A DNA stretch of 63,024 nt, counting the filler, from Phoronis australis (taxonomy: Eukaryota; Animalia; Phoronida): NCBI GenBank assembly GCA_002633005.1. It is 7 parts of 7 records of this genome, joined end to end, with 100 filler letters (N's around TTAATTAATTAA, not from the genome) between each part and the next. Parts side by side here need not be neighbours in the genome. Positions count along the whole stretch, not along the records: positions 50,721 to 59,206 come from NMRA01000624.1; positions 59,307 to 63,024 come from NMRA01002873.1; 5 more parts are not named here. One strand, given 5' to 3'. This document shows positions 51,835 to 63,024 of the stretch, one piece after another. The notes under the pieces were generated by a model. That model saw nothing but the letters and a program-made list of their open reading frames with translations, searched no databases and was not told the origin of the DNA. The translations under genes were made by a program, and so were the position numbers. Positions within the stretch are counted from its first letter, which is position 1. Every line of letters starts with the position of its first letter.

Positions 51835-53322
51835 ATGTCACTTATCATTGAGCAAAGTCTTTTGACTGCTGGTGACATAGAGGTCAATCCAGGACCAGGC
51901 ACTCAGGGTTTAGCCAGCTTCAAGGTCTTATTCACTAATATCAACAGTATCAAGGCGAACAATCTTTCAAGATTTGATCTTCTCAAGCAAGTTATTACAG
52001 ACAACAATTACATGGTCATTGCTGTATGTGAATCTGGAACACTGTCCGAAGACAACCTCAGTGCACTTATTTTTCCAGAATACAACATTGCCTACCACAC
52101 TAACGCCGGGAGGGGGTTGATCTTGTTTGTCCACAACTCCGTAAATTACGAAACAATTGATGATAACATTATACAGTCAATGAATAACTGTTGGATTGAA
52201 CTTTACGTCAACCACAAAAAGGTATATTACGGTTTTTTCTATCGCTCACCCTCACAGACGTCCCATGAAAGGAAAGCATATTTCAAAACCTTTTCAGAAC
52301 TATTGCAAGAACTCTCTCAAACTAATAAAACAATTGTTATCAACGGGGATTTCAACGCAAGAAATAGTGCTTGGTACTCAGAAGACAATGACAACCAAGC
52401 CGGTCTCGAATTATTCGATATTCTCCTCACAAATGACTGTATACAACTAATAAACGAGCCGACACGTTTAACAGAGTATTCACATTCTTGCCTCGATTTA
52501 TGTATAACAAACAATCTCGGATTAATTGAATCCACTTCTGTTAGGCCTCCCATTGGTAACTCAGACCACCACGTTATAGAAACAACATTCACACTCAACT
52601 GCGCACCTAAAGAACCAGACATTATGAAGAAGATCTGGAATTACAACCTAATTGACATGGACAAACTGCGCTCTGACATAACCCCATTCAACTGGACTGA
52701 AGTACTTAACAAAAGTGACATAAATGACGCAGTCTCAATATTCACACAGTCACTCTACAACATATTAGATAATAATATCCCATCAACCATGAGAACAATA
52801 AAAAACAAGAACAAACCGTGGTTTAACAATAACATTAAGTCTGAAATAAATAAAAGAAATATTAAACTGTACAGATCGTTCAGAAGATCAAATAACCCAT
52901 GCACGTTCAAGTGCTACAAAGAACAGTGCAAGAGTGTGGAAGAACTAATTAAAAAGACAAAACAAGACTACAAGATGAAAGTTATCTCCAATATCAAAAA
53001 TGTCTCCAAAAATTCTAAGGAATATTGGGATATAGTAAACAAAATTCGAGGACAGGTAAAGCAATCATCATACCCCACCATCCACTCAAAAGAATCCAAC
53101 TCTCAGGCGTCATCCAAAACCGATAAAAGTATCTTATTTCTAGACTACTTCACTGCCAAGAGTCACATTGCACCAACAATAAACTATCCAGAATTCCCAA
53201 ACAGAACATACAGAACATTAGAACACCTCTCTTACATAGAAGCCCAACCATCTGAAGTCAGGAAACTACTAGAAAACATTGACGAAAACAAAAACGACGG
53301 TACCAATCTCATAACCAATTAA
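51835..53322 (+). pseudogene. LINE ORF segment: 2A peptide plus apurinic-like endonuclease and linker
   Basis: 495-aa ORF with LLTAGDIEVNPGP followed by the complete APE motif set; a premature stop precedes the RT. Confidence 0.88.
51871..51897 (+). other. 2A-like ribosomal StopGo motif GDIEVNPG|P
   Basis: Exact match to GD(V/I)ExNPGP with an upstream helix-favouring SLLTA, in frame with the endonuclease. Confidence 0.85.
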
Positions 53323-53539
53323 ATGATCAAGATAATAGCAAGAGAGCTTACACTTTCTCTGACAACATTATACAACAAAATACTACAATCTGGAAATTTC
53401 TTTCGAACTGGAAGCTTGGCGTTATGATACCAATACATAAAAAGAACTCCAAAACAGACATTGCCAACTATCGCCCCATAACTCTACTAAACACCTTATC
53501 CAAAATTTAAAAAAAATCATTTCTCAGCACATGTTTGAC

Positions 53540-54614
53540 CACCTCTCTTCACAAAACCTCATATATCGTCGCCAATTTGGATTCATGCCTGGTAGCAGCA
53601 CTGTGTCGCAACTTACAGAAATTGTACACGACATCCACCTCCGGTTTGAGCAAGGGTACAACGTGAGATCCGTATTTTTAGACATTGCTTCAGCTTTTCA
53701 TGTCGTTCCCCATGACCTGCTTCCACATAAATTACAATCTTACGGTTTCTCAGGCACTCTCCTCTTGCTTTTAAAATCATATCTGGAAAATCGAACTTAC
53801 AAAGTCCGAATTTAAGGTGTCTTATCACCTTCATCAACGCCAGGTTTCGTAAATGCTGGAGTACCACAGGGTAGCGTTCTAGGCCCCTTACTCTTATTAC
53901 TGTACATCAATGATCTTCCAGTCACGATAAGCTATAAAACATTCTTATATGCTGATGACACTGCAACTTTCCACCCATTCTCAAAAGAGCATCCCCATGA
54001 CTCCTTACAATTGCAAACTGACCTTAACAAACTCTATGACTGGTCTCACAAATGGAAGATGAAATTTAAACCTGAAAAAAGTGTTGATCTTATATTTTCT
54101 AAGTCTAATAATACTCATTTCCAAACAAATCCAACACTGGAATTATCACTCAATGGGGAAGTTATCCCCAATACGTTCACGCACAAACATCTTGGCTTGC
54201 TACTCGACCATAAGCTTACATTTACTCCTCATTGTCGCGAACTCCTTCAAAAAGTACAAAAATTAATTAATCCAATTGGAATTATCTCTCGTCATCTCAA
54301 CTCCATGCATCTTGAAACTCCGTTCAAGTCTTTTGTACTTCCACTTCAAGATTACTGTGACATAATCCACCAATCGGCAAACGCTGGCATACTTCTTCAA
54401 TTAGAAAGACTGCAATACCAAACAGCTTTAGCCATAACCGGGGCATACAAAGGTTCCAACACAATCAAGGTTCAAAATAGTCTTCACTGGAGCAAACTAG
54501 CAACCCGTCGTAAACTCCACCTGTCCATGTATACATTCAAAGTCTTAACCAACATAAACAATTACTCTAACAATATCCTCTTTGACTCCTACAAAAGACC
54601 AAGCACTAGACCAG
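53540..54614 (+). pseudogene. LINE reverse transcriptase segment (C-terminal part continues at 55997-56511)
   Basis: RT motifs as above; removing the insert restores an open frame …YKRPSTRPG/LRQSNMYTIP… through to the C-terminal CxC…H…C knuckle (LCSCGDTQTYPHVFFAC). Confidence 0.88.
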
Positions 54615-55993
54615 GGACCGGTCTCCAATCTCCGTACTCAGACTGATACTCATACATGGACTCGAGATTTCATACTCAAAATCATGCTCACTGGAGTCGT
54701 ACTCAAAAAAGCGTATCTAATGTCCTATTTCGAGTATACTCCAAACGTACTCAAATCTGACACTCATACTCGAGTTGCTATGGAACTCTTTATGAGGTGA
54801 AATGCAAAATCACGCAAAGCCGCGCTGATTTATCGCTCCCTATTGGAATAGACCACCCCAGGAACTAGGCCTACATTATCGTCTGCTGTCGCTACAACTA
54901 CAAGATTATGTCTATAGCGTGGAATTCTGAGTGTTCTGTAACTGTTATTCATTTTTTTAGTTTCAATAAATATTCTTATGCCATTTCTTTGATACATTTG
55001 TCAATTATTAAGCTTTACTTCTTGAGTTCCTCACCCAGTCCCGAAAATGTCTTAAGAAATTTGTAACAGCTTATCACATAGCATCTCTGTTGCTAATTTA
55101 GTCTTGACATAAAACCCATTGCTGTGTAGGGCTACGCCGATGTCAAACTTTGATACTGTATCTTTGTATTTTACCGGGATGTATCAAGTGAGTTGACATT
55201 TGGCACGTGAGTTAAAAAACAATACTTGTGCAGGCATTCAGAGTTCACCAGTGGCAGTAAACGGGACGAGACGTCTACTTAGAAATCGGCAAACAAAAGC
55301 TGGAATTCCATTTGGGGATTGAGGAATTATAGATGACTAAGTTATGATGAGAAATGTACCTGACAGGGAAAAGAACTGTTTTTAACTTCCCTCCCCTTTT
55401 GGAAACCCTACAAAACGTAGGCACACATACCGAAATAAGGGCAGCACAAACTTCTAACACGACTTTTCCCACAACTGCTTTCGACGCTTGTTATGACTCG
55501 CCGACAAGGGATTACAATGCGCTTGTTGCCAGGAATTGTAGGGGTAGAATGGCGGCCATAACATACAGTGATACGGCGGGTTAATAAGGTGAAGAATAAG
55601 AAGATTTAAGATGAAAACTATTATCTATGAACTGACATTGAAGTGCTGAGATACGGTAAGAGGACTTATTTTTTAGATTTGCTGTGTTTCTTGGTTCCCT
55701 TTCGATATTTTGTTCTCTGGCTCGTATATATTTTCGAGTACGATTTCAAGCACACTGCCATGCCAAACTTGAAATTTGAGCATAGACTCGGAATTTTTAC
55801 TCAAAATCGTACTCGAAATATAGATGAGATACACTTCAGTTCGAGTACACTCGAAAACTGAGTACGTGCTCGAAATTTCGAGTACAGATTTTTCTAGTAT
55901 GACATTGAATACACCAAAGCTGAGTTTGTACTCGAGTTGAGTATGAAGTGTGAGTTTGAGCATGATTCGAGTACGGAGATTGGAGACCGGGCC
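54615..55993. mobile_element. 1379-bp non-autonomous PIF/Harbinger-like DNA transposon inserted in the LINE
   Basis: CAG|GGACCGGTCTCCAATCTCCGTACTC … GAGTACGGAGATTGGAGACCGGGCC|CAG: 25-bp TIR with 1 mismatch, 3-bp CWG TSD, subterminal TACTC/GAGTA repeats, no ORF. Confidence 0.9.
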
Positions 55994-56901
55994 CAGGACT
56001 CCGGCAAAGCAATATGTATACTATTCCAGCCTCTATCAGCCAAGCCTTCAGAAGATCAACGATATTAACTTGTATTGACAACTGGAATTCCTTACCATTC
56101 AAAATAAAAGAAAGCACTTCAATCGAATCTCTCAAAAATAACTTTAAAATGCATACTACTACTCCAGACTTGCCAGTCCCATTGACATCATTCCAACTTC
56201 CCCGCAACCATGAAATAACCTTATACAGATCAAGATGTGGTCTATTCCTCAACAACGAAAACAAATTTAGACATAACTTTAATAATATTTCGCCTCTGTG
56301 TTCCTGTGGAGATACCCAGACATATCCTCATGTTTTCTTTGCTTGTGATGTATGCAAGGAGGAGAGGGTACAGCTCTTCCAGGCACTCGAACAATACCCC
56401 AATGTTTATAAAAATAATCTGAAATTCCGCAATTGTACAACAAAATTAAATTCTTTCTGTATGGATGTCAAGAACTTAACTCCAACGAAAATCAGGTTTT
56501 ATTTGAAATAGTATCAAAATTTCCTTATAACATTAAATCTCTTTGTGTGAGTGGATAGAATTGTATACATCTGTATGAAAATGAATTATTTTCATTCGTT
56601 GTCATATATCATTGTATTCTTAACATCAGTTTTTTTATTTATGTATTCGCATATAATCATTGTATATAGACTTCTTTGTATTTTTGTACCCAGATCTAAT
56701 GCCTCTTGGCGCTTTCTGGGTTATGTTTATTCATTGTATTCTGAAGATTTCGTAATAAACATTAAAAAATGTCACTTGGACTTCCTATTGAAGTTAGTAT
56801 ACTGTATTAAAATAATGAAAACGCAAACATCATATGCAAGTCAATCTACCAGCACACAGCCAAAACGTACACTGAATGATAGGATGTTTTTGTTTATTTA
56901 G

Positions 56902-57018
56902 TATTTTGCCAATCGGCAAAGGACCCGGAGTACTGTAACAGAGCTCCTTATCTGAACAACTGTGGGAAATACTCCAATGTTCCGCACGAGTGTCCGTTTA
57001 TGTGCAACGCATGTGAGT
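56902..57018 (+). CDS. ShK-like six-cysteine domain exon (FCQSAKDPEYCNRAPYLNNCGKYSNVPHECPFMCNACE)
   Basis: tttgtttatttag acceptor, T|gtaagt donor, 117 nt, phase 1-1; C…C…C…CxxxCxxC spacing. Missed by the ORF track. Confidence 0.7.
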
Positions 57019-58635
57019 GTAAGTATTGCAAAGGAATCTTTATCTCTACACTAATAATATATGTAAGTACGTGTAGATGAACATCATTCGTTTTAAAATC
57101 ACTCAACGATTACTAGTTGGTTTTAATTGTACTTTCCAAAAATTTGATTACTCACGCCGTGCGCTCGTATGCAACGCCCCAATTTCCATTCGAATAAGGT
57201 TAACGTTGACACCGCTTTACAGCGGTATGTGGTTTGAGTCAAGTTGTACTTAACCCTGGTTTAAATGTGTGCATGTGCGGGAAATGTCAAACATGTCACT
57301 CTATGTTGTCTTTGTTTGCATTATTTTACTAGGGGCTGGCGAGGACTATACGCTAGCTGTCGTGCAAAATGGATGTGATTTCTCCAATCCTTCCCTTACG
57401 ATGACTGCATTCGCTGTTTGCATAAGGATCTGTCTGAGAATGGTGGGCGGTGTGCTTAAACCATTTCATTGATATCCTACCATGCGACACACACTTCGTG
57501 ACTGCCATGAACAGAATCGGACTACTCATTCTCTTATTTTAAGAATTAATAAAACGTGACTTGAATTTGTTGTAAGATCAGATGTATGTAAACTGTCTGG
57601 GCAACATGAAGGTTTGGATTTTAAAAAATCGAATGGACGCCCGGGAACAATGCGTTGCAGCACGCATGAAATATATCATACTGTCTTTACCACGTTTGCC
57701 AACCGTGAATGATAATCTTCAGAAAAAGACGGCCCCCCCTGCAAGTGTGGCTGTATAGCTGAGTACCCAGAAAGCACTTGAATGTCGTTAGCTGTATGAA
57801 ACGGCTAGAATCAGAATAAATGTAAAACTCCCTATAGCGCCGACGCAACTGATCGCATGGTGGTCAACGTGTCTCTCTCACGTCAACCTGTTTTAGAAGC
57901 GAAGATACATGTACTCTGCTGTTGTATCGTCCGTATCAATTTGTAAAACGTGACAATAAACGGTGGGTAAGAGAACATACTTTTACACGCATTTCTTTTT
58001 TACTCGTGTACGACAGACTTTTTATGGTGTAATCGAACAGTTTACACTTGCCACTTTCGCTGACACCTAATCTCACAAATCGCAGGGACTTTATCATCAC
58101 CTGTGTCTTCTCTAATAATCACAGCTTCCGCAACAACCTTCGTAGCTCATCCACTCATCACAGTTACTTCACCACTAATTTTACTTGTAGCTATGAACAT
58201 CATTCTTTACCGAATATGTGCATATTTAGGGACAAGCGCTTCCATACATATCTGATATATTGCACTTTTAAAGGGAAATAATCGAGATAACCGCTAATAT
58301 TTTAAAATCTGGCCTCCACGCCACCTGTTGACCATATTACATGTTCACATACAACTGATATAATTGGCGAATTTTTATTTTTCAGTTGTCCCTAATTTAC
58401 ATCCTGCTACCAGGGGTGACTAGAATTGGACAGGTTCCTCATTTTCCTGCTGAATTTGCTAATATAATTGCTTTCTCCATTTTATCCTCACAAACACCGA
58501 TTTTACCGAAAATGCGTTACCTAAAACTCGAGTTTTTAAATGATGCTTCAGAACCACTTTATTTAGTCAAAGAAGGAAAAGGTACTCAAAAGAATGCTCT
58601 GTTAATGCTCGGGGATAACCGTCTATATACTAAAT

Positions 58636-59206
58636 TTGTGGCTGAGGAAGTGGTTGGGAGTCCCAAGAAGCTTCACACAGGTTGGCCTTTATAGCAGAAC
58701 AGCAGAGCTTCAGCTGCCTCTAGCATCAATCACGCAGGGGTTTAAAGTAGGAAAGTGCAGGCTGGTTCTCACATCACGTGACTCTAGAGATCCAAAGGTG
58801 AGGGATGCTGGTGTCATGCCAAGATCAGGGAGACGGTGGTCAGCAGACACATCTGTGAGCCAGGCGGAGAGATTGTTACAGATCAGAGATATAATTGGTA
58901 GCAGCTGCGTAGGACGCCAGGGATTGGGGACATCCCAGTTCCAGCAGTGGGAGAAAGCGAGTGAGAGGCAGCGGAGGAAGATGGTCCAAGCTGAGGTGAG
59001 AGCAGCAGAGGAGGAAGCCCGTAAAGCCAAGGCAGTCCAACTAAGCCAGCAGGGAGCATGGACCAGGTGGAATCTTCCAGAGAGGAAAATATCGTGGGCA
59101 GATGTTTGGAGTATGGAGCCGATGCGTGTACAGTTTTTACTTCGCTCGGTTTACGACGTGTTACCATCGCCTGCAAACCTTCTTCGCTGGGGCCTAGTGG
59201 ATGACC
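58636..59206 (+). mobile_element. HERO-clade (R2-like, RLE-type) non-LTR retrotransposon fragment, post-RT region
   Basis: LRKWLGVP…LQLP..SI…FKV.K.R…RDS.D..V…GRRW.A…GRQGLG…QQGAWTRW…FLLRSVYDVLPSPANL..WG; 5'-truncated, 3' end lost in the gap. Confidence 0.85.
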
Positions 59207-60510
59207 NNNNNNNNNNNNNNNNNNNNNNNNNNNNNNNNNNNNNNNNNNNNTTAATTAATTAANNNNNNNNNNNNNNNNNNNNNNNNNNNNNNNNNNNNNN
59301 NNNNNNTGCATCAAAACTGCAATAGGGTAACTTCTTTTTGAGAAAATACAGCATGGTACATTACGATCATGTTGTGATCGCGCAACAGGATGTACAGTAC
59401 ATATAAGAACTAAAATGTCCCTGCGATTATGCTACTTTTTCACAAACAATTCAAATCAGCAAGAAATATTGCAGGCTGTTCTAGATTTTAATAAACCAAT
59501 TGTTCATTCATTTATTGGCAAAGTGGGTGCACAAACAAAAGCTGACCTGTTTCTTTTGTACACACTAAAGAACATGTTGTCTCCCTTCGAATCTCTTATT
59601 GCGCATGAACTGAAGTACTGCCTGTTGTCGTTTGCGATGAAACTGAGAAGTGGACGTACTCACCTGATTCATTCTTTCGCTGTTGTCTATATTTGTCTGA
59701 GCAAGGATGTGAAATCCAGTTTTAAATCACACTATATAACAAAAAAATCGTTATAAAAGACATCACTGTTGCCTTCTGATCGTATAGTCAGCAACTTCAG
59801 ATACTTGCAGTTCGTTATCGGAATGAAACTAAAATTGCGTAATTAGAGGCAAGGTTGCGTTGACTCTGCTCGTTCTCACGGCGATTTTGCATGTACATAC
59901 ATGTAAACAAGACGACCCCTAACAGCATCTTATGGGATATTGTTTGCAGCTTATAAAGACCGAAAGACAATGTAAGTTACAAATGGGTGATATGAGCGCC
60001 CCGTTCTTGATATTCGTGAAAAGATTTTAGTAACTATCCGTGACATCATTATCGTGTAACTTAACGAGTTTGCTTCATTTCTCTTGAGGGTTTTACTGGG
60101 GTATATTTATTCGATAGATTTTCGAGAACTTTTATTTTGCCGAGATTTCCCCGGGAAGTTGTTGCAGGAAACTTTTTGGGTTACTTCTGAAACGAAGGAT
60201 CAGTATTAATTGTCACATATTGAACTACATTTTTTCAAAATTCTTGATCACAAAATGTTATTGTGTGCACGAAAGCAATTCTCAGATGTTCGGTAATCAC
60301 TTGATTGCATTTTTTCCATAAAATCGTGATTGCCGCACGAAGTTTGCAGATTCTGTTTCTTTAATATACAAGTACAAAAAATAATCAGAGATTTTCTTTA
60401 GAGGCCTTTTAGCCCGAAAACTTGGCTGTCAAAAATTATTTGTATAATTCTTTTCAAGGAATGTTTAGGTCTTCTTTGTTACAGCAGAATTCTGAGGCTA
60501 CCAAGCCTTA

Positions 60511-60842
60511 AAGGGTACTAAAACCCGGTTTAGGCCTATTGACAGATAGTAAAAACGATTTTCGTATTCAGTTCTCTGAAACAAAATCACGCTCTGTAAC
60601 CCACGACAAACCTCAAACGTTTTGAGGAAAATTTGAAAACTCATTTTAGTGTCAGCCACGTTTTGAGCGAATTACATGGCAACTGTGGGAAGGACCACGA
60701 TGCCCTGTTTGCGAGATACACTGTGGGGGGTATGAATATTTAGCTGATTCCTGCTGAGTCTTTCAAGACTGACGCCAACGATACATGAGCAGGTGAGAAC
60801 GAGGATTGGTTGAAATTACCAAAACAAGGTTTAGTGTCCTTT
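60511..60842. mobile_element. Kolobok-like MITE
   Basis: TTAA|AGGGTACTAAAACC … GGTTTAGTGTCCTT; the right TTAA is degenerate. Confidence 0.45.
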
Positions 60843-61408
60843 TGAAGGGAAATCCCACCTTTGCAGCTTACATTTTAAAAAAGAGCATTGGTGAGTTTGA
60901 TCGGAAAATATCAGGCTTAGTTCAAATTCACGATTTTTAGAAACCATGCATCAGGTGAATTTTGATCGTTTTTACATTTTTTGTGCACATAATAACATTA
61001 CGTGACTATGAATGGTTTTAAAATATATATTTTCATGTAACTACAGTACATGTACAATTGACACGCGCATTGTACTTCAAATATAATTGTTGATGTTAAA
61101 ATCTCACTACTCTGAGCAGCAGTGTCACATAACGAAATTAGAGACAGTGCTACAGGGGGAGTCGCCGTTGACTTACCACTCAAGGATAACAGGTTCACAC
61201 CCCGACCAAGTATCACAGTTAACAATTTGTGTAACCGTAGTAACGCTGAATATTTTAGATGTTCGCGTTCGTCGGTCTGCTTGCGATAGGTGTCGCTCTC
61301 GTCGATAGTGCGCCGTTCGAGCAAATACTCAAGAGAGGTGTGTTCCATTCCCAACAAGACAAGTTAACTTGTTCACTTTGGTCGTTGCTTGCGTAGTCTC
61401 TAAATCAG

Positions 61409-61643
61409 GGACCTGTTCCAAGAAACTAACTTAAGTTCATTTTTGACTTAAGTCTAAGATTTACCTTAACTTCAAAATTTTGAAACTTTCACATTTGTAA
61501 AGTTAGTCAAAATTAAGACAAAACTTAGGTCAGACTTAAAAACTCTTTCTTGATTTGGTTTTTCGACAAATTTAACGTTTATTTTAAAATTTACTAAAAT
61601 TTAAGATTTGTCTTGGCTAAGTCAGTTTTGTTGGAACAGGCCC
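61409..61643. mobile_element. Harbinger-like MITE
   Basis: CAG|GGACCTGTTCCAAGAAACTAACTTA … TAAGTCAGTTTTGTTGGAACAGGCCC|CTG; CWG flanks. Confidence 0.75.
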
Positions 61644-61885
61644 CTGTTGCCATCTCAAATTATTAATTGACGTGTTAGTCAATGATAAAGTAAATAAATG
61701 TGCCAAGGCATCGTGGGCTCCACCTTACCCTAAGAAAATAAATTTCAGCAGAATTTAGAAAAGGACGTCCAAAGTTTCAATATTTTCACTTGTACCTTTG
61801 AAGTTTTCCAATTACTATCGAAAGTGAAGTATCACGGCATTAGCCATTTTATTAACCCTCAGACATGTGATCTGTACCTTTTCAG

Positions 61886-62116
61886 CCTCCGGATGTTACG
61901 ACTCACACGCCATGTGCTCAACATGGGCGGAGTCTAACGAATGTGCTAAGAACCCCGATTGGATGTTCGGCAACTGTAAAAGATCCTGTGGTCAGTGTCC
62001 GGACCATTGTGTGGACGCCAACAACCAATGCCGCGCCTGGGCTGCAGCCGGTGAATGCGCCAAGAACCCCAACTGGATGAACGTCAACTGCCAAGTTTCA
62101 TGTGGCGTCTGTAGCG
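61886..62116 (+). CDS. Exon with two tandem ShK toxin-like (ShKT) domains
   Basis: CYDSHAMCSTWAESNECAKNPDWMFGNCKRSCGQC and CVDANNQCRAWAAAGECAKNPNWMNVNCQVSCGVC; ttttcag acceptor, G|gtaaat donor, 231 nt, phase 1-1. Confidence 0.92.
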
Positions 62117-62738
62117 GTAAATCCCGCGTGTTTACTGATACTCTTTATTTTACGTTCACCAATTTAAAAAACAGAAAGAAAGACACCACTATCACATTAA
62201 GATTTCATAACTTTCAGCCCTGCTTGTTTTTGTGTTGGTTTACTATTAATTTATAATTTTTGTAAGTGGTCAGGGTTCCGTGGAATCCTTATTACACATT
62301 GCGGTACTTGAGTGGGTATCCATAATGCATGAATCATGTGGTACTACGGCGACTATTTTAAGTTGCAAAAATAAAATGAAACTAAAAGTTGAATTTAAGA
62401 TAAGTACATGAATATTTACCATGTGCTGAATGATCATTATTTGGGCTTACGTTTCGACAAAAATGACTTGCGTGCAAATAGGTTTTATGAAGTTTTAAAC
62501 TAACATGAAGCGGCAAGCACTTCTGCAAGGTAAATTATTAATAGCTGTGACTGGTTGTTGTTCTCCCTTTTACTTTCGTGGAATTTTTCATGGATAGCAG
62601 AAACTGAGGCGTGAACATTCCATACTAAATATTTACGGAAGTCACAAGTTACATATATTGCCAGCACACAGTCTATTAGGCATGTAGAACACCTAGTGAT
62701 ACCTAGCGTTATGAAATGCCTTTATTTAATTATTTTAG

Positions 62739-62875
62739 CAATGAAGAGTTCAAACTTTGCTCAGCCAGTTGCCAAAGGAACCGTGACAGCTGTCAACGAA
62801 GCTTCCGGATTGGCTGCCAGTGAGAGACATCCGGGTTACTTGTACACTCTCAATGACTCAGGTGGCCGAAACAGA
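62739..62875 (+). CDS. Next exon of the ShK gene: start of a bacterial-like putative beta-propeller domain (EASGLAASERHPGYLYTLNDSGG)
   Basis: tattttag acceptor in phase 1 (in frame with the ShK exon), AGA|gtaagc donor; the gene continues beyond the window. Confidence 0.8.
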
Positions 62876-63024
62876 GTAAGCACTGTAGACCCACGGTTCA
62901 TCTAAAACTGTCACTCAACTATTCTGTTATGTCAATCGGATACTATGGAACAGAATACAGATGCTGTTTTAACTTAGTTGGAGAACATCAGAGATCAACA
63001 CCATTGAAAAATCACCCACGTTAC

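Larger units (their letters stand above)
51606..56766 (+). mobile_element. Apparently full-length single-ORF APE-RT LINE (CR1/L2 group) with an N-terminal 2A motif; decayed and interrupted at 54615-55993
   Basis: APE motifs (NINSI, VCES, YRSP, GDFN, PTR, LDL, SDH) and RT motifs (QFGF, VFLDIASAF, GVPQGSVLGP, YADD); stops and frameshifts between ~53320 and ~53815; AATAAA plus A-tail at 56754-56769; candidate TSD AAATGTCA at 51598-51605 and 56767-56774. Confidence 0.9.

Overview
AT-rich, intron-containing invertebrate animal DNA (inferred to be a marine lophotrochozoan), not prokaryotic. It consists of seven contigs joined by 100-nt N-spacers that carry a synthetic TTAATTAATTAA six-frame stop linker. 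Host genes: the 5' six coding exons of cyclin B3 (minus strand, 1-4266, with a CHR/CCAAT-type promoter), a decayed C2H2 zinc-finger gene (12.6-13.4 kb), and a plus-strand gene running off the right end whose exons encode three ShK domains spliced in frame to a bacterial-like 'EASGLAAS..HPG..NDSG' domain. The rest is mostly nested transposon remains: two ends of Polinton/Maverick (adintovirus-like) elements, one carrying an intact PC4-like ssDNA-binding ORF and a crippled packaging ATPase; an Academ derivative with exact TIRs and TSD; an RNase H-bearing non-LTR fragment; a HERO (R2-like) fragment; a THAP remnant; many MITEs and minisatellites; and an apparently full-length single-ORF APE-RT LINE with a viral-type 2A 'StopGo' motif (GDIEVNPGP), itself split by a Harbinger-like insertion. 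The best leads are the 2A-LINE architecture, the Polinton-borne PC4, and the ShK plus bacterial-like domain fusion. All family assignments come from motif recognition by eye; no searches were run.
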